Shown: positions 17,018-25,992 of the stretch, in pieces | How the letters are laid out: every line of letters starts with the position of its first letter | Position numbering within the stretch: the stretch's first letter is position 1 | Source: Minisyncoccota bacterium | GTDB lineage: Bacteria > Patescibacteriota > Minisyncoccia > Phycocordibacterales > JBAYGS01 | Length of the DNA stretch: 64,000 nucleotides | Assembly: GCA_041666545.1 (NCBI GenBank) | Contig: JBAYGS010000005.1 | Coordinates: forward strand, 18,842-82,841 | Reading direction: 5' to 3' | The notes under the pieces: generated by a model | Databases searched by the model: none | Told to the model about the DNA's origin: nothing | The model's input: only the letters and a program-made list of their open reading frames with translations | Program-made: the position numbers and the translations under genes

Positions 17018-17503
17018 ATGACTAACTATGTGGTAATTACGACGATCGTCGGTAAGATCCTAGCACTTATTGGTATCGGCCTCATTTTTAAGGCGGTAAT
17101 CCGCGAAGAGAACAGCATCAGGATGGCCGGCTTGTTCTTTGCTTCTGGGATCATTTTGCTTCTATGCTCGGCGGCCGGGTCCAAAAACGTTAATCTGGCC
17201 AAAAGTGATCTGCCGGCAGATTACAAACTCGAGGTTAACTCGGAGTACCGGGGAGCTGGCAATGTTCTACAATCCCCGACCAACATTGCCGACGGAATCG
17301 GCCTGGGGGTAGTGATCATCCACAGCTCGGACAGAAAGACCGATCTTGGCCAGACACCTGTCCTCATGAACGCCGGACTCAAGGTTGGCGAGCCGATTGT
17401 AATGAAAGCCGTCGAGGTGGTGGTTAATAACCACCCGATATACTTCATGTTCGTGGCGGAAAAGCTCCCCACCAACAATGTCGCTGCGGCTACGGCCAAG
17501 TGA
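17018..17503 (+). CDS. Hypothetical membrane protein on the opposite strand inside the spc operon
   Basis: ATG at 17018 is preceded by the canonical SD GGAGGA. Two TM helices. The terminator CCGCGCGAGCTTCTCCGGAAGCGAGCGCGGTTTTT lies at about 17510-17548. Confidence 0.5.
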   Translation: MTNYVVITTIVGKILALIGIGLIFKAVIREENSIRMAGLFFASGIILLLCSAAGSKNVNLAKSDLPADYKLEVNSEYRGAGNVLQSPTNIADGIGLGVVIIHSSDRKTDLGQTPVLMNAGLKVGEPIVMKAVEVVVNNHPIYFMFVAEKLPTNNVAAATAK

Positions 17504-17600
17504 CCGATTCACATCCCGCGCGAGCTTCTCCGGAAGCGAGCGCGGTTTTTAATTGACCAAAGGCCCCAAATTGGCTAAATTAGTGTGAGAAAGGGCAAAA

Positions 17601-17825
17601 ATGATTGATTATTTGGGAATTGGCTGCTTCCTTGGTTGCTTGATATTCGTCTACAAACTGACCGAGGCCAAAAACCGAAAATGGGAAAGCTTGTACGCGA
17701 GCGTAGCTGGCCTCATGTTCATCCTAACTCTTTTTTTGGTCTTCGAATCAGTGACCGAGCATCAAAAAAGAGATGAGATGAGAGCCAAGGCCAAAACCGC
17801 AAACCATCTCACAATAAAAAGATAG
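17601..17825 (+). CDS. Hypothetical small two-TM protein
   Basis: 74-aa ORF followed by the terminator GCAGTACCGCCGAAGTCCCAAAGGGACTTCGGCGGTTTTTCTC at about 17826-17868. Confidence 0.4.
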   Translation: MIDYLGIGCFLGCLIFVYKLTEAKNRKWESLYASVAGLMFILTLFLVFESVTEHQKRDEMRAKAKTANHLTIKR

Positions 17826-17878
17826 AGCAGTACCGCCGAAGTCCCAAAGGGACTTCGGCGGTTTTTCTCTATCTCAAA

Positions 17879-17960
17879 CTACCCACTACTCACTACTCAC
17901 TACAAATCCCGATGTCAGAAGTCGGGACCCCGACCTTTGTCTGACAAAGCGTCGGGGCTT
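17879..17960. repeat. Composite repeat: an ACTAC-rich leader repeat (CTACCCACTACTCACTACTCACTAC) plus a GC-rich nested palindrome element (CCCGAtgtcaga-aGTCGGGACCCCGAC-c-tttgtctgacaaaGCGTCGGGG)
   Basis: The GC-palindrome family also occurs at 27033-27090, 52843-52885 (inside recJ) and 55350-55400. Confidence 0.6.
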
Positions 17961-17963
17961 CTT

Positions 17964-19250
17964 CTAGTACTCCCTCATCGAAATCTGGGCATCAATTTTC
18001 TTAATCAAATCAAGAGCCACGGAGACCACAATCAAAAGCGCCGTACCTCCAATAGCCAAAGCGGAAATTCCGGTAAAGGCTCGAACAGCAAGTGGTAAAA
18101 CAGCAATTACACCCAAGAAGACAGCACCGACCAGCGTAATTCTGGTGACAATTTTAGCCAAATATTCGGTCGTCGATTGGCCCGGTCTGACACCTGGAAT
18201 AAAAGCTCCACCCTTCTGGAGATTGGTCGCGATTGATTCCGGCTCAAAAGTGACAGCCGTGTAGAAATAAGTGAAAAGAACAACCAAAATAAAATACAGG
18301 AGAGCGTAAAGCCAAACTTGTGAGAGCAGTTGAACCATAAAAGTCGAAATTGAGACGACAATCGGGTTGCCGGTATTAGCCAAGAAGGTGAAAATCATTT
18401 GCGGAAACAAAAGAATTGAAAGGGCAAAAATAATCGGAATCACACCGCCTTGGTTGATTCGCAAAGGCAAGTAAGTGGAAAGCCCGCCGTACATCTTCAT
18501 CCCCCGTACCCGCTTGGCATAGGTAATCGGCACCGGCCGCTCGGCTTCAGTAATAATCACCACACCCACAATCACCAGGAGTCCGATAATTAAGAATGCC
18601 AAATAGACTGGGATTTGTGAGACTTCAAAAGTAAAAGATAGTTGGGAAATTGCGACCGGTACTCTGGCCACGATACCGGCAAAAATGATGAGAGAAACAC
18701 CATTACCGATACCAAATTCAGTAATCAGCTCACCGAGCCAGGTCAAAAGGATTGAGCCACCGACAATTACCATGATGTTAGTCACGAATCCGAAAGTTTC
18801 AAGACCTGGCACAACCCCTTGTTTCTCCAAGAGAAGAAGAAAACCAAAAGCCTGGATTAAAGCCAGAGGCACTGTAAGTAGCCTTGAGTATTGGGCAAAA
18901 CGCTTGCGGCCAGCCTCCCCTTCTTCATGGTAAATCGCCTTCAGCTTCGGTGACATAATCGTCAAAAGCTGCATGATGATTGAAGCGGTAATGTAAGGGC
19001 CGACACCAAGCATCACAATCGACAAAGTCGATAGACCACCGCCAGAAAATACATCCAAAAGACCCAAAAATTGATTGCCCGAGAAGAACTGTTCGAGCTT
19101 CAAAGCATCAACACCCGGGATTGGGATCACGCTAAATAGTCGGAAAACTGCCAAAGCCACCAAAGTAAAAAGAATCCTTTGGCGCAAAATCTTATCTTGG
19201 AGGACTAATTTGGTTTTGGCTAGAAAGTTGTTCATTTTGGCACTCGACAC
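17964..19250 (-). CDS. secY: Preprotein translocase SecY
   Basis: 428-aa ten-TM protein, canonical in sequence and position. Confidence 0.9.
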   Translation of the reverse strand: MSSAKMNNFLAKTKLVLQDKILRQRILFTLVALAVFRLFSVIPIPGVDALKLEQFFSGNQFLGLLDVFSGGGLSTLSIVMLGVGPYITASIIMQLLTIMSPKLKAIYHEEGEAGRKRFAQYSRLLTVPLALIQAFGFLLLLEKQGVVPGLETFGFVTNIMVIVGGSILLTWLGELITEFGIGNGVSLIIFAGIVARVPVAISQLSFTFEVSQIPVYLAFLIIGLLVIVGVVIITEAERPVPITYAKRVRGMKMYGGLSTYLPLRINQGGVIPIIFALSILLFPQMIFTFLANTGNPIVVSISTFMVQLLSQVWLYALLYFILVVLFTYFYTAVTFEPESIATNLQKGGAFIPGVRPGQSTTEYLAKIVTRITLVGAVFLGVIAVLPLAVRAFTGISALAIGGTALLIVVSVALDLIKKIDAQISMREY

Positions 19251-19333
19251 TAATCCACGAATGAGGACGAATTACACGAATTTGGGTTTGAATTTATTTG
19301 TGTCATTCGCTTAAATTCGTAATTGGTGTCGTG

Positions 19334-19774
19334 TTAGACTATTTTGCCTCCCGCCTTTTCAATCTTGGCCTTGGCACTCCCTGAAAAGGCGCAACCGGAA
19401 ATATTCAAGGCTTTGGTCAATTCGCCATCACCTAGGATTTTGATTTTTGGCGACTTGCCGGATTTCAAAGCAATCAAACCAGAGGCTAAAATTTCTTTCG
19501 GAGTAACTGCGACGCCGGCCGAGAAAAACTTATCAAGTGAGCCGACATTGACCGGCACAAAAGCCACTTGGATACCAACATTGCTGTTTCGGCCACGACC
19601 GCGCAGTTTCGGAATACGCTTAATCATATCGCGAATTTCCGGGCGAACCTTGGCGCCGGCGCGGGCGGTCTGACCCTTACCACCGTGGCCGGAAGTCTTG
19701 CCCCGCTTACCGCCTCGGCCGATTTGCTGCCAATTTTTACGCTTAGTATGTCGTTTTAAATTATGGAGTTGCAT
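19334..19774 (-). CDS. rplO: 50S ribosomal protein L15
   Basis: MQLHNLKRHTKRKNWQQIGRGGKRGKTSGHGGKGQ is the L15 signature. Confidence 0.85.
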   Translation of the reverse strand: MQLHNLKRHTKRKNWQQIGRGGKRGKTSGHGGKGQTARAGAKVRPEIRDMIKRIPKLRGRGRNSNVGIQVAFVPVNVGSLDKFFSAGVAVTPKEILASGLIALKSGKSPKIKILGDGELTKALNISGCAFSGSAKAKIEKAGGKIV

Positions 19775-19779
19775 AAAAT

Positions 19780-20428
19780 TTATTTACTGACTTTAGCACT
19801 TTCGAACTTCTTCAAAATCATTTTGCGTCGGCTCAATTCCGACAAAGCTTTCATGGCGGCGCGAGCATTATTCAGTCGATTTTTGCTACCAGAGAGCAAC
19901 TTGGCGTTAACATCTTTCAAACCGCAAAGCTCGATAACATTTCGAATAGAAGTACCGGCAACCATTCCCTTACCTCGAGCCGGCATAATCATCACTCGCG
20001 AGCTTGCATACTTAGCGGCAACTTCAAAAGGAATCGAGGAGCTCTTTGTCATCGGGACAGTAATTAAATTTTTCTTGGCTTCACGATTAGCCTTTTCAAT
20101 CGCCAAGGCAGTATCGCCGCCTTTACCCAATCCGACACCAACCTGACCCTTGCGATTACCGATAACCATGGCAACACTGAAAGCAAAGCGTCTACCACCG
20201 GCCACGGTTCGGGAAACGCGTCTAATATCAATGATTTTCTGATCAAATTCCGGCTTTACTCTCTCCGGCCTGGTACCACCACGGCGCGGACCACCTCGTC
20301 TTTCCGGACGATTACCAAAACCGCCCCTCACCGGTCGAGCATTTCTTGAATCGGCAGCCGGTAGAGCTCCGGGAGTAGTCGGGGCAACTTTCGCCACATC
20401 TGCATTTTGTTTGGTATCGTCTTTCATA
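19780..20428 (-). CDS. rpsE: 30S ribosomal protein S5 (the likely start is the Met at 20428; the ORF track extends it upstream through the intergenic repeat)
   Basis: ...IIDIRRVSRTVAGGRRFAFSVAMVIGNRKGQVGVGLGKG... is canonical S5. No L30 gene lies between S5 and L15. Confidence 0.85.
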
Positions 20429-20430
20429 AT

Positions 20431-20470
20431 GTTTTTATTCGTGTGCCCTATTTGCAAGGGTTCTTAACTT
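20431..20470. repeat. Intergenic repeat TTATTCGTGTGCCCTATTtGcAAGGGTTCTtAACT between rplR and rpsE
   Basis: Six members of this family: 14537, 14621, 20431, 21443, 22241 (inverted) and 25956. Confidence 0.65.
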
Positions 20471-20491
20471 AAAATTTCGATTACAATCTCA

Positions 20492-20839
20492 TTAAAACAC
20501 TAAACCGCCTTCTCTGGCACTATCGGCCAAGACTTTGATTTTGCCGGTGTAAATAAAGCCTCCTCGGTCAAAGACGACAGTCTTAATCTTCTTGGCCATG
20601 GCCAATTTGGCCAACTCTAAACCAACAGCCTTAGCTTTTTCCAAAACGGTTTTACCCGGAGCTTTCATTGAGGAAGCGGCTACCAAAGTCTTACCGGTAG
20701 CATCATCAATCAATTGGGCGTAGATATATTTATTGGAACGAAAAACCGAAAAGCGCGGTCTGGCTTCGGTGCCAAAAATCTTGGCCCTAATTTTCTTATG
20801 GCGTCGATCTCTTTTTAGTTTTGATGTTGGCTTTTTCAT
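20492..20839 (-). CDS. rplR: 50S ribosomal protein L18
   Basis: Position in the spc operon and sequence. Confidence 0.85.
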   Translation of the reverse strand: MKKPTSKLKRDRRHKKIRAKIFGTEARPRFSVFRSNKYIYAQLIDDATGKTLVAASSMKAPGKTVLEKAKAVGLELAKLAMAKKIKTVVFDRGGFIYTGKIKVLADSAREGGLVF

Positions 20840-20896
20840 TGAATTTTATCTTTGGCTTTCATACCTTATACCATATACCTAATACTATATACCCCT

Positions 20897-21430
20897 CTAG
20901 GCTGCTTTCTTGCCTTCCTTCCTACGAATGACTTCCTTCTCATATCTCATACCCTTACCCTTATAAGGCTCGGCTTTCTTCAAATCGCGGACTTTGGCGG
21001 CAAACTGACCGACCAATTCCTTATCAATACCTGAAACAGTGATCAAGTTCTTCTCGGCAGTCACTTTTAGACCCTCCGGAATGTCCATCTCCACCGGGTG
21101 AGAAAAACCAAGACTAAAAACCATTTTCTTGCCTTTGACTTCAGATTTGAAACCGATACCTTCCAAAATCAACTTTTTCTCAAAAGCCTTGTTGACGCCG
21201 TTAATCATATTGTTGACATGCGAAGAAGCGGTTCCCCACATCGCACTCACCTCAACGCCGGTGCGCTTTGGAGTAAGGATAACCTGATTATTATCGATAG
21301 CAATGCCGATAATCGGTCGGAAGTTTCTTGAGAGCTCGCCCAAAGGACCCTTGACCTTCACAACATTGTTCAAAACCGACACTGTCGTGCCGTTTGGGAT
21401 TGCAATTGGTTTTTTGCCGATTCTGGACAT
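20897..21430 (-). CDS. rplF: 50S ribosomal protein L6
   Basis: MSRIGKKPIAIPNGTTVSV... is canonical L6. Confidence 0.9.
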   Translation of the reverse strand: MSRIGKKPIAIPNGTTVSVLNNVVKVKGPLGELSRNFRPIIGIAIDNNQVILTPKRTGVEVSAMWGTASSHVNNMINGVNKAFEKKLILEGIGFKSEVKGKKMVFSLGFSHPVEMDIPEGLKVTAEKNLITVSGIDKELVGQFAAKVRDLKKAEPYKGKGMRYEKEVIRRKEGKKAA

Positions 21431-21442
21431 GATGATAATTAA

Positions 21443-21480
21443 TTTATTCGTGTGCCCTATTCGTAAGGGTTCTCAACTAT
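21443..21480. repeat. Intergenic repeat TTATTCGTGTGCCCTATTCGTAAGGGTTCTCAACT between rpsH and rplF
   Basis: Consensus copy of the six-member family. It abuts the rpsH stop and lies 13 nt from the rplF start. Confidence 0.65.
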
Positions 21481-21869
21481 TACCAGATTTTAAATAAAAC
21501 TTCGCCACCGACTTTTTCTTTCTTGGCCTCCTTATCGGTCAAAATTCCTTTTGGGGTCGAGAGCACGATCAAGCCTAAACCGCTCTTGAAAGATCGGATT
21601 TCTTTGGCGCCCTGGTAAACGCGCTTGGACGGTTTGGAGACACGGGCCACATCGTTGATTCGAGGTGTCTTACCTTCGGCATATTCGACTTCAGCCTCCA
21701 AAATCTTGTGGTTATTCTTGCGCTTCTTGGCAATTGATTTGAGAAAACCGTTCTTAACCAAAATATCTGCAATTGACTCCTTAATCGCCGAATGAGGTAC
21801 CACAACACTTCCCCGACCTGCGAGGCCGGCATTCTTAACTTTGATTAGAAAATCAGCGATTGGATCCAT
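21480..21869 (-). CDS. rpsH: 30S ribosomal protein S8
   Basis: MDPIADFLIKVKNAG... is canonical S8. Confidence 0.9.
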   Translation of the reverse strand: MDPIADFLIKVKNAGLAGRGSVVVPHSAIKESIADILVKNGFLKSIAKKRKNNHKILEAEVEYAEGKTPRINDVARVSKPSKRVYQGAKEIRSFKSGLGLIVLSTPKGILTDKEAKKEKVGGEVLFKIW

Positions 21870-21987
21870 AAAATAATTTAAAATTGAAAGGTCAAAATGG
21901 AAAATTGCAATTTAAAATCTAAAATTAGATTCTGAAAATTATTCAATTTTGCATTGTCATTTTTCATTTTGAGATTTACATTTTCCA
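21870..21987. repeat. AT-rich roughly 118-bp repeat between rpsZ and rpsH that ends with the exact 30-mer AATTTTTCATTTTGAGATTTACATTTTCCA
   Basis: The 30-mer is identical at 29349-29378. Related copies lie at 39925-39990, 61842-61897 and in the 5' leader of the four-helix-bundle gene (62264-62290). Confidence 0.6.
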
Positions 21988-22173
21988 CTACCATGATGAC
22001 TTCTTGATTCCCGGAATCATGCCTTCGTTGGCATACTCGCGGAAGCAAATACGGCAAAGGTCGAAGTCTCGCATATAGCCGCGCTTGCGACCACAGCGGA
22101 AACAACGGTTAGTAGCCCGAGTGGAAAATTTCGGTTTCTTTAACGATCTTGCTACTACTGATGTTTTTGCCAT
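21988..22173 (-). CDS. rpsZ: 30S ribosomal protein S14, type Z (zinc-binding)
   Basis: 61 aa with [20 protein letters not shown]. Confidence 0.9.
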   Translation of the reverse strand: MAKTSVVARSLKKPKFSTRATNRCFRCGRKRGYMRDFDLCRICFREYANEGMIPGIKKSSW

Positions 22174-22240
22174 AATAAATTAAAAAAGCTTGCAAAAGCT
22201 TGTCCGCGTATACTAGCAAACCAAGAAGAAGAATGCAAGG

Positions 22241-22280
22241 CAGGTTGAGAACCCTTACGAATAGGGCACACGAATAGGCC
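22241..22280. repeat. Inverted-orientation copy of the TTATTCGTGTGCCCTATTCGTAAGGGTTCTCAAC family, followed by a GGTATA-rich segment (22292-22325)
   Basis: GGTTGAGAACCCTTACGAATAGGGCACACGAATAGG. Confidence 0.6.
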
Positions 22281-22531
22281 AGCCGGCAAAAGTATAGGTA
22301 TAAGGTATAAGTATAGGTATGGGAAATGGGTCCAAAAGTCAAAAAGCACGGGAGAAGACAAGATAAAAGGCGCGCAACTGCGTTGCGCGCCTTGACTCTC
22401 ACCCTATATTCCTAGAAAGCTCATCAGCAACCAAGGCCTCGATAAATCGGCACAAGCCAAGCAGACAAAAACGGCCTACTGGCCGTTTTTGTCTGTCCTT
22501 ATTCCTAAATCATGAATCTTTATTCCTAATT

Positions 22532-23062
22532 CTATTTCTTGAGAGGAAAACCTAAGTATTCTAGAAAAGCTCTGGTCAATTTTTTGTCGCCGGAAGTGGT
22601 GACGATTGTGATAGCGAGACCGAAAACATCTTTCAACTCTTCATCGGAAGTTTCAGGGAAAATTGTGTGTTCTTTGATGCCGATAGTGTAATTGCCCATA
22701 TCATCAATGGCGGTGGCATTAAGTCCACGAAAGTCTTTGGTTCGAGGCAGGGCCACATTTAAAAGTTTGTCCAAAAAGCCGTACATCCGAGCACCCCGAA
22801 GCGTGATCTGATAACCAACCAAATCGCCTTCTCGAGACTTGAAGGTGGCGATTGATTTCTTGGCAGAACGAGGAGCGGCCTTCTGGCCAGTAATTTTACC
22901 CAAACGATCAGCAATCAATTCCAATTTTTTCTTATCTTTAAGAGAGCCGACGCCGGTCGAAATCACCACCTTGGAGAGGCGTGGCGCTTGCATCGGATTT
23001 TTGAAGCCAAACTGACCTTTCAGCGATTCAAAAGCCTTATTCTGTTTTTCTTTGGTATTCAT
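22532..23062 (-). CDS. rplE: 50S ribosomal protein L5
   Basis: Sequence and position. Confidence 0.9.
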   Translation of the reverse strand: MNTKEKQNKAFESLKGQFGFKNPMQAPRLSKVVISTGVGSLKDKKKLELIADRLGKITGQKAAPRSAKKSIATFKSREGDLVGYQITLRGARMYGFLDKLLNVALPRTKDFRGLNATAIDDMGNYTIGIKEHTIFPETSDEELKDVFGLAITIVTTSGDKKLTRAFLEYLGFPLKK

Positions 23063-23076
23063 AATTAGTTAGTTTA

Positions 23077-23108
23077 GAAGTTGAAAAGTTTGAAAGTTTG
23101 GAAGTCTC
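23077..23108. repeat. AGTTTAGAAGTTGAAAAGTTTGAAAGTTTGGAAGTCTC repeat immediately upstream of the rplE start
   Basis: TTGGAAGTTTGGAAG family (see 1860-1960, 27973-28054, 52884-52907, 55401-55420). Confidence 0.55.
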
Positions 23109-23121
23109 AAGATTACCCAAG

Positions 23122-23421
23122 CTAGATGGCTGAACCGGTTTTTTTACTGACACGAATCAGTTTGCCGTCAATCAACTTCTTACCGGCTCGAACTGGCTTG
23201 CCACCCTCCACCAACTGAACATTGGAAACATGGATCGGCAAGGTCACATCAATAATCTGACCTTTCTCATTGCTCTTCCTCGGTCTCTGGTGTCGCTTTT
23301 TGACATTGACACCCTCAACCAGAATACGGTTTTCGGCAGGTAGCGCCTCAAGCACCTTACCGGTTTTACCCCGGTCTTTGCCAGCAATCACCATTACATT
23401 GTCATTTTTCTTGATTCTCAT
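23122..23421 (-). CDS. rplX: 50S ribosomal protein L24
   Basis: MRIKKNDNVMVIAGKDRGKTGKV... has the KOW motif. Confidence 0.9.
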   Translation of the reverse strand: MRIKKNDNVMVIAGKDRGKTGKVLEALPAENRILVEGVNVKKRHQRPRKSNEKGQIIDVTLPIHVSNVQLVEGGKPVRAGKKLIDGKLIRVSKKTGSAI

Positions 23422-23474
23422 ATATGTATTCTTAGATTCGTGTCATTCGTCTTAATTAGTGAATTGGTGTCGTG

Positions 23475-23846
23475 TTATACGATTTCAGCCGCCAAAGAAG
23501 CGATTTTCTGGTAACCCTTTTCAGCCAATTCTCGAGGAATCGGTCCAAAAACACGGCCGGCAATCGGATCCATCTTGCCTTTTTCCAAAATCACCACAGC
23601 ATTCTCATCGAAACGGACATAGGAACCGTCCAGGCGTCTTAGGGCCTTGGTCTGACGAACCACTACCGCCTGCAAGACATCCTTTTTCTTTACCGCCTTT
23701 CTTGGTTCGGCTTTCTGAACTGACAAAACCACCTGGTCACCGATTGAAGCGTAGCGCTTTTTGGAGGCACCGAGCACCTTGAAAATGCGTCCGATTTTAG
23801 CCCCGGAGTTGTCGACGATTTTCACAATGGTGCGTGGTTGAATCAT
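23475..23846 (-). CDS. rplN: 50S ribosomal protein L14
   Basis: MIQPRTIVKIVDNSGAK... is canonical L14. Confidence 0.9.
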   Translation of the reverse strand: MIQPRTIVKIVDNSGAKIGRIFKVLGASKKRYASIGDQVVLSVQKAEPRKAVKKKDVLQAVVVRQTKALRRLDGSYVRFDENAVVILEKGKMDPIAGRVFGPIPRELAEKGYQKIASLAAEIV

Positions 23847-23908
23847 ATTGGTTAGTTAGTAGTGAGTAGTTGGTAGTTTGTAGTTTGTAGTTGAAGAAAA
23901 GAAAATAC

Positions 23909-24172
23909 CTAGACAATTTTAAAAGATTTGCGTTTGGAAATCGGGCGGCACTCTTCGATGGTCACCTTATCGCCGATTTTCTTGGTATTACCCGGATCGT
24001 GGGCCAAGTACTTCTTAGAAATCTTCATGTACTTGCCGTATTTCGGGTGCTTTTCATAGCGATTGGTCACAACCGAAACAGTGTCTTTCATCTTGTCTGA
24101 AGAGACCACACCTTGAATAACCCGAGGGCGACGGTTAGGAGTTTCTGTTGGTTTGTTGGTTTTTGGCTTCAT
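23909..24172 (-). CDS. rpsQ: 30S ribosomal protein S17
   Basis: Sequence and position. Confidence 0.85.
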   Translation of the reverse strand: MKPKTNKPTETPNRRPRVIQGVVSSDKMKDTVSVVTNRYEKHPKYGKYMKISKKYLAHDPGNTKKIGDKVTIEECRPISKRKSFKIV

Positions 24173-24213
24173 AATAAATGAAAGTGTATCTTAGCTTAAA
24201 GCAGTTAAACTGT

Positions 24214-24405
24214 CTATTTGCTGTTCTTTCTTTGATTCTGCTCGGTCATAATTTTGGCAATCTCTCGCTTCAGGTTTCTCCCCTCTCGCATGTTGCGATT
24301 CTTGCTACCGGCAATACCGAAACGGAAAGCTCGAACAGCTTCGCGCTTCTCTAAAAGCATCGCAACAAGCTCGGCATCAGTTTTGTTTTTAAATTCGTTG
24401 GACAT
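24214..24405 (-). CDS. rpmC: 50S ribosomal protein L29
   Basis: Sequence and position. Confidence 0.8.
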   Translation of the reverse strand: MSNEFKNKTDAELVAMLLEKREAVRAFRFGIAGSKNRNMREGRNLKREIAKIMTEQNQRKNSK

Positions 24406-24416
24406 TTTATTTCAAA

Positions 24417-24839
24417 TTAGACTCGGCTGACAAACTTAGTTTTGACCGGCAACTTGGAACCCGCTTTGCGGAGAGCTTCGGCCGCCTCAACCTCCGGAAT
24501 ACCGTCGACTTCAAAAATCACTCGGCCTGGGCGCACCTCAACACAAAAACCCTGCGGTTCGCCTTTACCTTTACCCATTTTCACTTCGGCCGGCTTTTGA
24601 GTATATGGTCGGTCCGGGAAAACTCGAACCCACATCTTGCCGGATTTGGTGAGTGAGCGAGAAATAACTTTTCGAGCCGATTCCAACTGATTTGACCTGA
24701 TACGAGCGTGGCCCAAAGTTTTCAAACCAAAAGAACCGAAAGACAATTTGAGTCCTCGAGTTTCCGGCCTTAGCCAGTAGTCGGCATTCTTACGAGCAGT
24801 ATGCCATTTTCTAAATTTTACTTTCTTTGGGACAAACAT
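24417..24839 (-). CDS. rplP: 50S ribosomal protein L16
   Basis: MFVPKKVKFRKWH... is canonical L16. Confidence 0.9.
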   Translation of the reverse strand: MFVPKKVKFRKWHTARKNADYWLRPETRGLKLSFGSFGLKTLGHARIRSNQLESARKVISRSLTKSGKMWVRVFPDRPYTQKPAEVKMGKGKGEPQGFCVEVRPGRVIFEVDGIPEVEAAEALRKAGSKLPVKTKFVSRV

Positions 24840-24860
24840 GTTAGTAAATTAAAATGAAAA

Positions 24861-25550
24861 TTATTTCTTGTCGGCAAAAATCTCACCTCGGTAAATCCAA
24901 ACTTTAATGCCGATATCACCGTAGTCCATATGAGCTTTCTCTCTGGCAAAATCGATATCCGCACGCAAAGTCTGAAGTGGGACTTGGCCTTTGCGGAGCT
25001 CTTCTGAGCGGGCCATTTCGGCACCACCCAAACGGCCACCCAAGTAAACCTTAACGCCCTTAACATCTCGGTTAGCCATAACTTTCTCAATCGCCTGCTT
25101 CATCACGCGACGGAAAGGCATTCTTTTTTCAATGCTTTCGGCAATCATTTGAGAGACAATCGCGGCATTTGATTCCGGTGAGCGGATTTCTTCGATATCA
25201 AGCTTGAGCTCTTGATGAGTAATCGGCTTGCCGGTTTTAAGAACCAACTTGGCCAAATCTTCCTTCAACTTGACGGCGCCTTCCCCGCTTCGGCCGATAA
25301 TCATACCCGGACGAGAAGTTTTGATGATAATTCGCAAAGTTTTGGTGCCTCGCTCGATTTCTACCGAGCTAACAAAAAATCCGCGTAGCCGCTTGGCCAA
25401 ATATTCGCGGATCTTGATATCTTCCTTCAGAGACTTCTTGTACATATCACCCACGCCAAACCAGCGTGACTTCCAATCACGAATGATACCTAGACGATGT
25501 GAATATGGGTGAACGGTGTGGGACATAATAGTTAAATAATCAATAATCAA
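24861..25550 (-). CDS. rpsC: 30S ribosomal protein S3
   Basis: Has the KH domain signature. Confidence 0.9.
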   Translation of the reverse strand: MIIDYLTIMSHTVHPYSHRLGIIRDWKSRWFGVGDMYKKSLKEDIKIREYLAKRLRGFFVSSVEIERGTKTLRIIIKTSRPGMIIGRSGEGAVKLKEDLAKLVLKTGKPITHQELKLDIEEIRSPESNAAIVSQMIAESIEKRMPFRRVMKQAIEKVMANRDVKGVKVYLGGRLGGAEMARSEELRKGQVPLQTLRADIDFAREKAHMDYGDIGIKVWIYRGEIFADKK

Positions 25551-25565
25551 GAAACAATCACCAAA

Positions 25566-25955
25566 CTAACTGTTTCCTTTGCTCTTAATTTGTTTCTTGG
25601 TTTTTGGTGTTTGGTTATTCTCCAGTTCGCTTAGAACTAGGGTAATATGGCTAGTTCGCTTATTGATACCGGAAGCGCTACCTCGAGCTCGCGGCATGAT
25701 TCGCTTTAAAATCACCCCAGCATCGACAGTGACACCTTTAACCTTAAGATTCTCGGCGGACAGGTTTTGACTATTCTTGGCATTGGCTACCGCTGACATT
25801 AGCAATTTTTTAATCGGGGCGCTAGCTCGCTTGGCCAAAAAATCCAATTCAGCAATCGCCAAATTAACCGGCTTGCCTTTGATCAAATCGGCAACAAGTC
25901 TAACCTTACGTGGTGATTGTCGGTAATTATTCAGTTTTGCGGTAATTGTTGTCAT
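25566..25955 (-). CDS. rplV: 50S ribosomal protein L22
   Basis: Sequence and position. Confidence 0.85.
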   Translation of the reverse strand: MTTITAKLNNYRQSPRKVRLVADLIKGKPVNLAIAELDFLAKRASAPIKKLLMSAVANAKNSQNLSAENLKVKGVTVDAGVILKRIMPRARGSASGINKRTSHITLVLSELENNQTPKTKKQIKSKGNS

Positions 25956-25992
25956 TGTTTTATTCGCATGCCCTATTCGTAAGGGTTCTTAA
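25956..25992. repeat. Intergenic repeat TTATTCGcaTGCCCTATTCGTAAGGGTTCTtAACT that exactly fills the gap between the rpsS stop and the rplV start codon
   Basis: The start codon of rplV (25953-25955) and the stop of rpsS (25993-25995) directly flank the element. Confidence 0.65.

Noticed and set aside
21878-22105. 75-aa minus-strand ORF spanning the AT-rich repeat (…MKNDNAKLNNFQNLILDFKLQFSILTFQF).
   Set aside because: Low-complexity translation of an AT-rich intergenic repeat. It overlaps rpsZ in another frame and has a start-stop ATGTAA in the repeat. Not credible as a gene.
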